NCBI GenBank assembly: GCA_965208125.1
Contig: OZ242320.1
Span: 320,001-384,000 of the forward strand
DNA from: Candidatus Latescibacterota bacterium
GTDB taxonomy: Bacteria > Latescibacterota > UBA2968
DNA length: 64,000 bases
Direction: 5' to 3'
The notes beneath the pieces are model-generated. The model searched no databases. It worked only from the letters and a program-made list of their open reading frames with translations, and was not told where the DNA came from. The position numbers and the translations under genes are program-made. The stretch's first letter is position 1; each line of letters opens with the position of its first letter. Shown here piece after piece: positions 38,690 through 49,310 of this stretch.

Positions 38690-39770
38690 CACTCGCACCG
38701 AGCGCGAAGATCGATTTTTGGGTTTTCAGATTTCGAGCCTCACGCGCCGACGCCTGGACAATTTTAAGGCAAATCGACGCGGCTATTATAGCCTGTGGAT
38801 TTTTCTCGTCCTGTTCGGATTGAGCTTGCCAGCAGAATTTATCGCCAATGACAAACCCCTTTTAATTCGGCACAAGGGGGTGTTTTATTTTCCGGTATTA
38901 AAAGCCTACCCCGAAACAACTTTTGGCGGCGACTTTGAAACCGAAGCCGAGTACCGCGATCCGTTTGTAAAAGAATTAATTAAACAAGACGGATGGATCA
39001 TCTGGCCTCTGGTGCCGTTTCGATACGATACAATCAACTACGAACTCAAACATCCTGCACCTGCACCGCCTTCTATACAAAACTATCTGGGCACCGATGA
39101 TCAGGCACGCGATGTAACCGCGCGATTAATCTACGGATTTCGGTTGTCGGTCTTATTTGCCCTCGCGCTCACGGCATTCAGTTCTGTAGTAGGCATTGCA
39201 GCCGGCGCAGTACAGGGTTATTTGGGAGGGTGGGTCGATCTCATTTTTCAAAGATTTATCGAAATTTGGGGCGGGTTGCCCACCTTGTTTATCCTCATTA
39301 TTATCGCCAGCATTATTGAGCCAACTTTCTGGACGCTCTTGATCATCATGCTGCTATTCTCCTGGATGCGTCTCGTCGGCGTCGTACGGGCTGAATTTTT
39401 GCGAGCGCGCAATTTTGATTTTGTACGCGCCGCACGCGCTCTGGGTGTCAATGACTTGACAATTATGTGGCGGCACGTTTTGCCCAATGCCATGGTGGCA
39501 ACACTGACCTTTTTGCCCTTTGTACTGGTGGGGGCTGTAACCGTATTGACCTCGCTGGACTTTCTCGGCTTTGGTCTTCCACCACCTTCTCCCTCTCTGG
39601 GAGAATTGCTCAATCAGGGCAAGCGCAATTTGCAGGCCCCCTGGCTGGGCCTATCCGGATTTTTTATTCTGGCAATTATGTTATCACTACTCGTATTTAT
39701 CGGCGAGGCCGTGCGCGATGCATTTGATGTCCGCAAGACCCTGTCGCAAACGGAGGGCAAGAGCGCGTGA
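38670..39770 (+). CDS. yejE: Peptide ABC transporter permease (start uncertain)
   Basis: [38 protein letters not shown] at 38670 has GAGGA 6 nt upstream. Confidence 0.85.
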   Translation: MKAEKYSTRTEREDRFLGFQISSLTRRRLDNFKANRRGYYSLWIFLVLFGLSLPAEFIANDKPLLIRHKGVFYFPVLKAYPETTFGGDFETEAEYRDPFVKELIKQDGWIIWPLVPFRYDTINYELKHPAPAPPSIQNYLGTDDQARDVTARLIYGFRLSVLFALALTAFSSVVGIAAGAVQGYLGGWVDLIFQRFIEIWGGLPTLFILIIIASIIEPTFWTLLIIMLLFSWMRLVGVVRAEFLRARNFDFVRAARALGVNDLTIMWRHVLPNAMVATLTFLPFVLVGAVTVLTSLDFLGFGLPPPSPSLGELLNQGKRNLQAPWLGLSGFFILAIMLSLLVFIGEAVRDAFDVRKTLSQTEGKSA

Positions 39771-41395
39771 GCTTGCTATACGTTCAAAATTTGGGCGTGC
39801 ATTTTCAACTCGAAGACCAGGTCGTCGAAGCTGTGCGCGGCATATCGTTTCACATTGAAAAAGGAGAAACCGTCGCGCTGGTAGGCGAATCGGGTTCGGG
39901 CAAATCCGTCTCGGCACTTTCCGTAATGCAATTGCTCCCCTATCCACGCGCCTCGCATCCACACGGCAGCGTACAATTTGACGGAGAGGAAATGCTGGGC
40001 GCGCCGCAAGAGCGACTGCAACAACTGCGCGGCGACCGCATTGCGATGATTTTTCAGGAGCCGATGACCTCGCTGAATCCGCTGCATACAATAGAGAAAC
40101 AGATCGGCGAAACCCTGATGTTGCACCGCAAAATGACGCGAGAGCAAGCGCGTGAACACACGATAGACTTATTGCAAAAAGTACACTTGCCCGACCCCGA
40201 AACGCGCCTCAAATCCTATCCCCACCAGCTATCGGGTGGTCAGCGACAGCGCGTGATGATTGCCATGGCCCTGGCCAATGAGCCGGATTTGCTCATTGCC
40301 GATGAGCCTACAACTGCGCTGGATGTGACAATTCAGGCACAAATTTTGAAATTGCTCAAATCGCTTCAAGACGAATTTGGCATGGCGATTTTGCTCATCA
40401 CACACGACCTGACAATCGTGCGACATGTAGCGGATCGCGTCTATGTAATGACACAGGGAAAAATTGTAGAAGAAGGAGACACCGCACGCATCTTCGAGCA
40501 GCCGCAACACATCTATACACAAAAACTTCTGAATGCACAGCCAAAGGGAACAGCAACCGCGCTGAATGGACCGGCACCCATCGTGGTCGCGGCGGATAAT
40601 CTAAAAGTGTGGTTCCCCATTCAGCGGGGATTGTTGCGGCGAACCATCGGGCATATAAAAGCCGTAGATGGCATTTCAGTAACAATTCGCGCCGGGCATA
40701 CCGTCGGCGTTGTCGGCGAGTCCGGATCAGGCAAAACAACATTGGGATTGGCATTGTTGCGATTGCTGAGCAGTCAGGGACCGATTGAGTTTAACGGACA
40801 GGGCATTCAGAACCTGCCGAGCAAAGTACTGCGCCCCTTGAGACGAGAGATGCAAATTGTTTTTCAAGACCCCTTTGGATCCTTAAGTCCGCGCCTATCG
40901 GTCTTTCACATTATAGCCGAGGGATTGCGGGTTCACAACATGGGAGACAGCGATCACAAACGCCGAGACCTCGTAGCAGAAATAATGGATGAAGTAGGGC
41001 TTGAACCCGAAATGATGGACCGGTTTCCACACGAGTTCTCCGGCGGCCAACGGCAGCGCATTGCCATTGCGCGCGCCATGGTATTGCGCCCTCAATTTGT
41101 GGTCCTGGACGAACCCACAAGTGCGCTGGACATGACCGTACAGTCGCAAATTATCGACTTACTTCGGCGCTTGCAAAAAGACCACGACCTGGCCTATTTA
41201 TTTATCAGCCACGACTTGCGGGTCGTGCGCGCACTCGCCAATGAACTCGTCGTAATGAAGGACGGCGTCGTTGTAGAACACGGCGCAACAGAAACCATAT
41301 TTGCAAATCCACAAACGGATTACACGCGAGAACTGATTACAGCGGCATTTGATATCGATGTTGTCGAAGGGGAATCCAATGAATCAACTCGTTAA
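39767..41395 (+). CDS. yejF: ABC transporter ATP-binding protein with two ATPase domains
   Basis: Two GESGSGK Walker A motifs; LSGGQ/FSGGQ; DEPT. Confidence 0.9.
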   Translation: MSLLYVQNLGVHFQLEDQVVEAVRGISFHIEKGETVALVGESGSGKSVSALSVMQLLPYPRASHPHGSVQFDGEEMLGAPQERLQQLRGDRIAMIFQEPMTSLNPLHTIEKQIGETLMLHRKMTREQAREHTIDLLQKVHLPDPETRLKSYPHQLSGGQRQRVMIAMALANEPDLLIADEPTTALDVTIQAQILKLLKSLQDEFGMAILLITHDLTIVRHVADRVYVMTQGKIVEEGDTARIFEQPQHIYTQKLLNAQPKGTATALNGPAPIVVAADNLKVWFPIQRGLLRRTIGHIKAVDGISVTIRAGHTVGVVGESGSGKTTLGLALLRLLSSQGPIEFNGQGIQNLPSKVLRPLRREMQIVFQDPFGSLSPRLSVFHIIAEGLRVHNMGDSDHKRRDLVAEIMDEVGLEPEMMDRFPHEFSGGQRQRIAIARAMVLRPQFVVLDEPTSALDMTVQSQIIDLLRRLQKDHDLAYLFISHDLRVVRALANELVVMKDGVVVEHGATETIFANPQTDYTRELITAAFDIDVVEGESNESTR

Positions 41396-42350
41396 TCAAA
41401 ACGGTCAAATTATTCCGCTCACTACACTAACAGAGTGGAAAGAAAAGCGCGCGAAAATACTCCGAGCAGCGCAGGAAATCATGGGTCTTTTGCCCGGAGA
41501 TGAAAAGCGATGTCCCCTCGCCGTGGATCTGGTAGAAGAAGTGGATTGCGGGACGTATATAAGGCGGATGATCACTTACGCCGCTGAACCCGGCGACCGC
41601 GCACGGGCGTATCTGCTAATCCCAAAACGGGCTCTGGACGGGCGAGCGTGTCCAGCCGTCTTGTGCCCGCACCCAACGCATGCGACATTGGGATACAAAA
41701 CCGTCGTGGGACTGGGCGACCGCCCCAACCGGGCTTATGCCAGCGAATTGGCCGAGCGAGGCTTTGTCACCATAGCACCGTCCTATCCCATGCTCGCGGA
41801 ATATTGGCCCGATGTATTTGGTCTGGGCTATGAAAGTGGAACTATGAAGGCGATATGGGACAATATCCGGGCGATCGATCTGCTGGAAACACTGCCGTAT
41901 GTAACGCGGGGACCCGTCGGGGCAATCGGACATTCTCTGGGCGGACACAATTCGGTCTATACCGCTGTTTTTGAGCCGCGCATCGGCGTTGTGATATCCA
42001 GTTGTGGACTGGATTCTTACATAGACTACAAAGACGGAAATCTCGCTGGATGGACGCAGGATCGGTACATGCCCAAATTGAAAAATTACGTCCATCGCCT
42101 GTGGGATATTCCCTTCGATTTTCACGACTTAATCGCGGCTCTGGCACCCCGACCCTGTTTTATTGCCGCGCCTTTGCGCGATAGCAATTTCAAATGGCAA
42201 AGTGTAGATGCCATTGTCAACGCAGCCGCTCGCGTGTATGAACTTTATGGAGCAACAGAAAATCTAATCGTCGAACACCCCGATTGCGAGCACGATTTTC
42301 CCAACGCCATGCGCGAACAGGCGTATCAATTATTTGAAAAACACCTTTGA
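41379..42350 (+). CDS. Alpha/beta hydrolase (dienelactone hydrolase / esterase-like)
   Basis: IGHSLGG nucleophile elbow, LAPRP, HDF. Confidence 0.75.
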   Translation: MNQLVNQNGQIIPLTTLTEWKEKRAKILRAAQEIMGLLPGDEKRCPLAVDLVEEVDCGTYIRRMITYAAEPGDRARAYLLIPKRALDGRACPAVLCPHPTHATLGYKTVVGLGDRPNRAYASELAERGFVTIAPSYPMLAEYWPDVFGLGYESGTMKAIWDNIRAIDLLETLPYVTRGPVGAIGHSLGGHNSVYTAVFEPRIGVVISSCGLDSYIDYKDGNLAGWTQDRYMPKLKNYVHRLWDIPFDFHDLIAALAPRPCFIAAPLRDSNFKWQSVDAIVNAAARVYELYGATENLIVEHPDCEHDFPNAMREQAYQLFEKHL

Positions 42351-42366
42351 TGACTCGAGAGCCCCC

Positions 42367-43656
42367 ATGCAAAGCAAAGTCGCTGTCCTCCGCACATCGC
42401 CACGTACAGTTTTTGAAGACTATCACTGTCTGCTCAATCTGGCAGATTACCAGAATGTGATTGCCAGAGAAGTGGAAACCGCGCTCAAGATCAACATTTC
42501 ATGGCACTTCTTTTTCCCCGGATGTTCCACAACACCCTGGCAACTCGACGGTGTTATCCGCGCCATGAAACGAGATGGCTACGATCCCGATCTCATTCAC
42601 GGCTGCCATAACCGAACCGTGGTCATCGACGCGCGTTTGGGCGAAAAAGAAAACAAACACCTCCCCGTCATCGAAGCGCACGACTTGAGAAATATACATC
42701 TCTACGAAGGCGAAGAATGGATCAACGTACGCGACGCAGTCGGAGACCTCACCGCAAAATTTCTCTGTCTGAACGAAGTCTATCCCAAAGGCTTTCATAT
42801 TCCCAAACGCTTTCTCGGTGAAAACATCATCCATTTCCCCACCGTCAAAACTCACGTCTTTACCACCACCACTGGCGCCATGAAAAATGCCTTTGGCGGC
42901 CTGCTCAACGAGCGTCGTCACTGGACGCATCCCGTCATTCACGAAACCCTCGTCGATCTGCTCATGATACAAAAGAAAATTCACCGCGGTGTCTTCGCAG
43001 TCATGGACGGCACCTTTGCAGGCGATGGCCCCGGTCCGCGTTGTATGATCCCCCACACCAAAAACGTCATCCTCGCCAGTGCCGACCAGGTCGCCATTGA
43101 CGCAGTCGCCGCCAAAATGATGGGCTTTGATCCGCTTTCAATCAAATACATCCGCATGGCACACGATCTGGGCCTGGGATGCGGAGATCCATCCCAAATC
43201 GAAATTGCGGGTGATCTATGCGCCGCAGAAGAAAATTGGGACTTTGTCGGTCCGTACAAAAAAATGACCTTTGCTTCTAAAATGCAGCACAAGATCTACT
43301 GGGGGAGCCTCAAAAAACCCATCGAATGGTCGCTCAAAACCATCCTCGCACCCTGGGCTTATATAGCTTCAGTGCTCTACCACGACAGTTTCTGGTATCC
43401 TCTCCACGCGAAAAATAAAATGCAAGATGTGCTAAACAGCGACTGGGGCCGCCTGTTCCGCAACTGGGAACACCTCACCCCCAACGCGCAAGGCTTCCCC
43501 GATGTGGGCGACACCTCTTCCAAACTGAAAAAAACGAACCTGCAAGCCTTATGGGATTCGCTCGGCATCTTGCGCGATTGCATTGTCGAAGCCCCCGAAT
43601 TCCTCCACTCGCGCAAAAAAGAAAACACCCTGCACACCCATGACCGAAATCATTAA
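42367..43656 (+). CDS. DUF362 domain protein
   Basis: LKIN, PTVKTH, TGAMKNAFGG, DGTFAGDGPGP, DQVAIDAV. Confidence 0.75.
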   Translation: MQSKVAVLRTSPRTVFEDYHCLLNLADYQNVIAREVETALKINISWHFFFPGCSTTPWQLDGVIRAMKRDGYDPDLIHGCHNRTVVIDARLGEKENKHLPVIEAHDLRNIHLYEGEEWINVRDAVGDLTAKFLCLNEVYPKGFHIPKRFLGENIIHFPTVKTHVFTTTTGAMKNAFGGLLNERRHWTHPVIHETLVDLLMIQKKIHRGVFAVMDGTFAGDGPGPRCMIPHTKNVILASADQVAIDAVAAKMMGFDPLSIKYIRMAHDLGLGCGDPSQIEIAGDLCAAEENWDFVGPYKKMTFASKMQHKIYWGSLKKPIEWSLKTILAPWAYIASVLYHDSFWYPLHAKNKMQDVLNSDWGRLFRNWEHLTPNAQGFPDVGDTSSKLKKTNLQALWDSLGILRDCIVEAPEFLHSRKKENTLHTHDRNH

Positions 43657-44626
43657 CCGTTTATTCCGCGACAAACTGCCAGAACAGCGCATTGCAAAAA
43701 TCGAATCGCTCTCCGAAACTCGGGCGCACACAGTCTGGAAAGTCACGACTGACCGCTCGGTATTTGCTGTAAAACATCACCTCTTTGCATCGCTCACGCG
43801 CGGCAAACCATACCACTTGCTCGCCGTTGAACAAAAAGTCACAAACCATCTCCTCGCCAGCGGCGTCTCTGTCCCCCGCATAATCGCAACCGACCACGAC
43901 ATGGTCATCTACGAATGGTGCGGCAATCACACCCTCGACGACATCTGCCAGACCACTGATCCCAGCCCATTCGCACCCACCGTCATCAACACCCTCTTCG
44001 CGCTTGAAAAAGCGTTTTACAAACACAGATCCAAATTCATCCCGCACATCGCGCCCGGATGCAGCGCAGATGACTTGCGAGAACAGTGGCACAACACCAC
44101 CCAATCACTCACAGAAACGCTTCCCCATCTCGTAACGCGCGACTCCAATGCCCCAGATCTTCTATCGATCTGGCAAACCCTCATAAACGAACTTATCCAG
44201 GTACCGCCAGTAATCGGTCCCACCGACTACAACGCCCGCAATATCGCATGTCCAAATCCAGAAACGGCAACTATTCTCGAACTCGCCAAAATAGGCTATG
44301 ACTGGCCTGCACGCCGCCTGGTACAATACACGACATCGCTCGGCGCGCACAATCCTCGCGGTCGCGTTATTGGCCTTCTCACCCCATCGCTTGTGCGACA
44401 CTATGCGCGTTTTGTATCAAAATTGTACTCAACTCCAGCCGAGACCATCCTTCTGCGCCTCAATGCGCATCACCTTATCTATCACCTGTCCGCAGCCCAT
44501 ATATGCTTGACAACGCCACACTGGCAAAATATCAAAACCCGTCTGGCACAACACAAAAACCAGATAGCCTATCCCCTCTCCAATCACCCCCTGATAAACA
44601 AATTCCGCGCATATTTTAAAAAATAA
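43640..44626 (+). CDS. Aminoglycoside-phosphotransferase/kinase-fold protein
   Basis: FAVK, VSVPRII, YEW, GPTDYNARNI Brenner-like loop. Confidence 0.55.
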   Translation: MTEIINRLFRDKLPEQRIAKIESLSETRAHTVWKVTTDRSVFAVKHHLFASLTRGKPYHLLAVEQKVTNHLLASGVSVPRIIATDHDMVIYEWCGNHTLDDICQTTDPSPFAPTVINTLFALEKAFYKHRSKFIPHIAPGCSADDLREQWHNTTQSLTETLPHLVTRDSNAPDLLSIWQTLINELIQVPPVIGPTDYNARNIACPNPETATILELAKIGYDWPARRLVQYTTSLGAHNPRGRVIGLLTPSLVRHYARFVSKLYSTPAETILLRLNAHHLIYHLSAAHICLTTPHWQNIKTRLAQHKNQIAYPLSNHPLINKFRAYFKK

Positions 44627-44654
44627 AGGCGATCCCATTTCCTGGACCGCCTTT
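44625..44654. terminator. Probable bidirectional terminator
   Basis: AAAGGCGATCC-N8-GGACCGCCTTT between convergent genes. Confidence 0.55.
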
Positions 44655-44680
44655 CCTACCCATTACACAATGCCCTGCCC

Positions 44681-47600
44681 TTACGCGATATTTATCACCC
44701 GCTCAAAAATCGCTCGCGTCTGTGCCATATCGTTCTTCAAAACATCTTCAAACACCTCAGCCGAATCAAATCCCATCGCCCGGGCCAAAGCTGTCAACGC
44801 CCGATCTTCGGCAGGCAAGTGGGTGCGTGCCTGCTCGTCCTGGCGCCTGATCACTTTTTCAACAGTACGCAAAAACACAAATGCTTGCTGAAGGCGTTGT
44901 GCATCTCCTGCCTCCAAAAACCCACCTTCTACCAATCTTCTCAGTGCCTCAAGTGTATTGGCACTGCGTAGCTCTGGATGATCTTTGGCGAACTTCAACT
45001 GCAAAATTTGTGCAATAAACTCGATATCTACAATCCCCCCCGCATCTGTTTTGATACTCAACACTTTACGGGATCTTTGCCCATCTTTGCGCTCCATCTT
45101 CTTGCGAATATCCAGCATAGTAGCAACTTCTTCATCTGAAAACCCGGTACCCACAATAAAAGGCTCAAACAAATTCAGCAACTTTTCTCCCAGAACCGCA
45201 TCGCCAGCGACGACCCGGCTGCGAGACAATGCCAGGCGCTCCCACGTTGACGCGCGCGTCTCCAAATAGCGACTATAAGATTCCAGAGACAGTGCCAAAA
45301 GCCCGCTCGCCCCCTCGGGACGCAACCGAGGATCCACTGGATAGAGCTTCCCCTGCGGGGTATTCTGCTCCAGCATCGCGATCATCTGCTGTGCCAGATC
45401 GATAAAAAATTGCAAATTCCCCTGCGGCCTCGCGCCATCTGTTTCGCCATCTTCGCTATATACAAATACGATATCCAGATCCGAACCAAAGCTCAATTCG
45501 CCCCCACCCATCTTGCCCAGACCCAGCACCACAAACCCGACCTCCTCGCCATTGCGATTGCGCGGCACCCCGCGCTTTTCAACCAATCGCGCATAAACCA
45601 CCTCGTAAACCACCTGCACAACCACATCAGCCAACATCGTCAGGGTCTCAAATGTTTCAAACGTATCGGTCAAGCCCACGAGATCGCGCGTCCCAAAGCG
45701 CAGCAACTCCCGATTTTTTACGGCATTTAACCCTCCTGCCAATTCGGGAGTATCGCCATACCGCTCAACTTGTGCGTGCAACTGTTCTTGCAAAGCGTCC
45801 ATACCCGGACTGAGATGCAAAACCTCTGCTTCCGGATCCAGATACAAAACCTCTGGGCGAACCAGCCAATCGAGCAATCCGGGATTGCGCCTTATCACCT
45901 GCACCAGAAATTGGCTGCCAACACACAGGGATAGCATCAGTTGGCGAAATCCTTCATGAGTTGCCAAAATTCGAAAAAACATATCGCCTGCGCCATAAGC
46001 AGACACCAGACTCTCCAGATTGCTCAACCCCTGATCCGGATCGGCTGACTCCTGAAGAGCTTGCATCAATGCCGGTGCCAATTCTGTAAAGCTCTGACGC
46101 GCCCGTGTGCCCCGAATCCGCGGCACATGCCCAAAAGCCAGATAAATGAGATTGCGATGCGCCTCGTCCGGCCGATCAAACCCAATCTCTTCTAACAATC
46201 CGCCGGCCTCTGCATCGCCTATTTCCATATTTACCAGCGCACCTATAGAACGCCCCTCGCTTTCTCGCGCCTCCGTAAAGACCTGGGCATACACCTCCTG
46301 CACAGCCTTCAAATGGACATCCAGTATTTTGCCATACGCCTCAGCAGATTCCATATCCAGCGTGCGCGCCAATATGCGCTGTTCATCCTCCCCTTCGGGC
46401 AGCGAATAATCACTCCGGTTGTGCATCATCTGCAATCGGTGTTCCAAACGCCTGAAAAATATGTAAGCATCTCTTAGCTGATCGGCTTCCTTACCCGACA
46501 GCGCAGATACCCGCTGCAACTGTCGGATAGCCTCGAGCGTGTTGTCCGACCGCGCATTCTCGTGTATGCGCCCCACCAGCAATTGCAAACACTGCACAAT
46601 AAATTCGATATCCCGGATACCACCCGAGCGCAACTTCAAATGCGTTTCGCGCTGCCCTTTGCTTCCAATCTGATCTTCTATACGCGCCTTAACGCGGTTG
46701 ATCTCCGTTGCCGGGCTGGTGTCAAAATAGCGCGGATAAACAAAGGGCTGTACCATCTTCAAAAATCGCTGTCCCAGAGCTTCAGACCCGGCACAACAAC
46801 GGGCTTTAATCAGCATCTGCCGCTCCCACAACTCGCCCCGCCGCATATAGTAGCCCTCATATCCAGAAAGAGGCATCACGAGTGCGCCAGCCGCGCCATC
46901 GGGACGCAGGCGCATATCCATGCGATACAAAAATCCCTCGGGCGTCACCTCTGTTGCCGCACGCACAATTTGCTCACACAATCGGGTGAAAAATTCCTGA
47001 TTGGTCACAGACCGTTCACCATCTGTATTGCCCTCGGCGCTATAGACAAACATCAAATCGATATCCGAACTAAAATTGAGCTCCATACCGCCCAACTTGC
47101 CCAACCCAAAAATAGCAAACTCCACGGACTGTCCATCGCCATTTCGCGGCAGGCCATAACGCGCTTGCAGGTCGGGCAACAAAATATCAATCAGCTTTTG
47201 CAAACACACATCTGCCAAAATAGACAAATCAGCCGCAACATATTGAATGGCGCGCCCACCGGCCAGATCGCCCACGCCAATATGCAACAACTCACGTCGC
47301 GCACTTCGCCGAACAGCATTGAGCTTATCTTCGCGCGTATCCACAGCCTCGACGGCCCGACCAAAAGACGCCAGCAATTGTTCTTTATCACACGATTGCT
47401 CAAAGTGGTCGGGAGCATCTGACAACCAGTCAAAAATATCGGGGTCGCGCACCAGCATATCAGCCATAAAAGGACTACCGCCCAAAACGCACAACAACAT
47501 GCGACACAACTCGGGAGACTCTTTGAGCGTGTGCAAAAACGACGCGCGACTGGCCTGCACGATGCGCACAAAATTATGCAGTGCCATATCGGGGTCGGGC

Positions 47601-47758
47601 GCATCGACCAACGCCTGAAAAAAATCATCGGGAAGTTGACCATCAGCCTCTGAGCCAGCCAACTCTTCGAGATTGTGCAACGCGCGTTCAACATCTCGAA
47701 ATCCCGCCCGTACAAGCGCTTCTTTTGCGCCGGGTGTATCAAAATCAAAAATGTCCAT
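44681..47758 (-). CDS. glnE: Bifunctional glutamine synthetase adenylyltransferase/deadenylase
   Basis: Two nucleotidyltransferase domains (GKLGGMELNFSSDIDL; GKMGGGELSFGSDLDI), RLRP, WER, GGIRDIEF/GGIVDIEF. Confidence 0.9.
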   Translation of the reverse strand: MDIFDFDTPGAKEALVRAGFRDVERALHNLEELAGSEADGQLPDDFFQALVDAPDPDMALHNFVRIVQASRASFLHTLKESPELCRMLLCVLGGSPFMADMLVRDPDIFDWLSDAPDHFEQSCDKEQLLASFGRAVEAVDTREDKLNAVRRSARRELLHIGVGDLAGGRAIQYVAADLSILADVCLQKLIDILLPDLQARYGLPRNGDGQSVEFAIFGLGKLGGMELNFSSDIDLMFVYSAEGNTDGERSVTNQEFFTRLCEQIVRAATEVTPEGFLYRMDMRLRPDGAAGALVMPLSGYEGYYMRRGELWERQMLIKARCCAGSEALGQRFLKMVQPFVYPRYFDTSPATEINRVKARIEDQIGSKGQRETHLKLRSGGIRDIEFIVQCLQLLVGRIHENARSDNTLEAIRQLQRVSALSGKEADQLRDAYIFFRRLEHRLQMMHNRSDYSLPEGEDEQRILARTLDMESAEAYGKILDVHLKAVQEVYAQVFTEARESEGRSIGALVNMEIGDAEAGGLLEEIGFDRPDEAHRNLIYLAFGHVPRIRGTRARQSFTELAPALMQALQESADPDQGLSNLESLVSAYGAGDMFFRILATHEGFRQLMLSLCVGSQFLVQVIRRNPGLLDWLVRPEVLYLDPEAEVLHLSPGMDALQEQLHAQVERYGDTPELAGGLNAVKNRELLRFGTRDLVGLTDTFETFETLTMLADVVVQVVYEVVYARLVEKRGVPRNRNGEEVGFVVLGLGKMGGGELSFGSDLDIVFVYSEDGETDGARPQGNLQFFIDLAQQMIAMLEQNTPQGKLYPVDPRLRPEGASGLLALSLESYSRYLETRASTWERLALSRSRVVAGDAVLGEKLLNLFEPFIVGTGFSDEEVATMLDIRKKMERKDGQRSRKVLSIKTDAGGIVDIEFIAQILQLKFAKDHPELRSANTLEALRRLVEGGFLEAGDAQRLQQAFVFLRTVEKVIRRQDEQARTHLPAEDRALTALARAMGFDSAEVFEDVLKNDMAQTRAIFERVINIA

Positions 47759-47774
47759 AATGAACCTCAGACCA

Positions 47775-48261
<487 letters not shown>

Positions 48262-48305
48262 GCAATACAATATATTCCGACAATCACATCTGTTCAAATG
48301 CGTTG

Positions 48306-48334
48306 TTGACACCCTGAAAAAAAATCTATATCCT
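48306..48334 (+). promoter_or_regulatory. Sigma70-type promoter
   Basis: TTGACA-17 nt-TATCCT upstream of the cupin gene. Confidence 0.6.
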
Positions 48335-48379
48335 GTGCCTATTCAAAAATCATCACCAATACGCGAAAAAGGAAACGCT

Positions 48380-48733
48380 ATGCCTGTAACGAGACTATCG
48401 GAAACCACAGCCGAAGAATTTCCCTGGGGCACCCTCAACTGGCTCATGGGCCAGGCCATTAATCCCGATGCCAAACAGACTTTTGGCATGGCCGTCATTC
48501 AACCCGGCCAGCAGAATCCACCGCATTACCATCCCAATTGTGAAGAAATCCTCTACGTCGTCTCAGGAACATGCGAACACACGTACGGCGACGACAGCTA
48601 TCAGCTCAAACCGGGCGATAGCATCCGGGTTCCCGCTGGCGTGATCCATCACGCCATCAACAACGGCGATGAGCCGCTACGCGCAATCATCTCCTTTTCA
48701 TCGGGCGACCGTCAAACCGTATTTCTCGAATAG
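48380..48733 (+). CDS. Cupin domain protein
   Basis: PHYHPNCEEILYVVSG, VPAGVIHHAIN. Confidence 0.85.
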   Translation: MPVTRLSETTAEEFPWGTLNWLMGQAINPDAKQTFGMAVIQPGQQNPPHYHPNCEEILYVVSGTCEHTYGDDSYQLKPGDSIRVPAGVIHHAINNGDEPLRAIISFSSGDRQTVFLE

Positions 48734-48740
48734 GCAAACA

Positions 48741-49310
48741 ATGACTATTCGAGCCATCATCTTCGACATGGACGGTACACTCACAGAATCTTACATCAAC
48801 TGGCCGGATCTGCGATCAAAAATCAATTGCCCACCCGAAAAAACCATCATCCAACACATCGACAGTTTGCCGACAAAACAACGCAAACAGGCCAATGATA
48901 TTCTTCTCGAAAAAGAATGGGAAGCAGCACAACACGCCGCCATTCGCGCTGGTGCAACAGAACTCATCGACGCACTACGAGCGCGCAAGTACAAACTCGG
49001 CCTGGTCACCAACAACCACGGTGCCGCCATGCACCGTGTGATCAACCGACTCAACCGCGCCTTTGACATCGCCCTCAGCCGAGACGACGGTCCCATAAAA
49101 CCCAGCCCCTACCTCATCCACAAAACACTCCAGGCCCTCGACACTTCCCCAAACGAAGCCATAAGCATCGGCGACAGCCGCTACGATCTCATGGCCTCTA
49201 CCGCCGCCCGCGTGCGCTGTATTCACTTCACCGGTGGCGCATCCGACCTCGCGCACGATCTCCAGGTCGCGTCACTATATGCGATCATACCGCTCCTGGA
49301 TCGGCTTTAG
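48741..49310 (+). CDS. HAD-superfamily hydrolase
   Basis: IFDMDGTL, VTNN, KPSP, IGDSRYD. Confidence 0.85.
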   Translation: MTIRAIIFDMDGTLTESYINWPDLRSKINCPPEKTIIQHIDSLPTKQRKQANDILLEKEWEAAQHAAIRAGATELIDALRARKYKLGLVTNNHGAAMHRVINRLNRAFDIALSRDDGPIKPSPYLIHKTLQALDTSPNEAISIGDSRYDLMASTAARVRCIHFTGGASDLAHDLQVASLYAIIPLLDRL

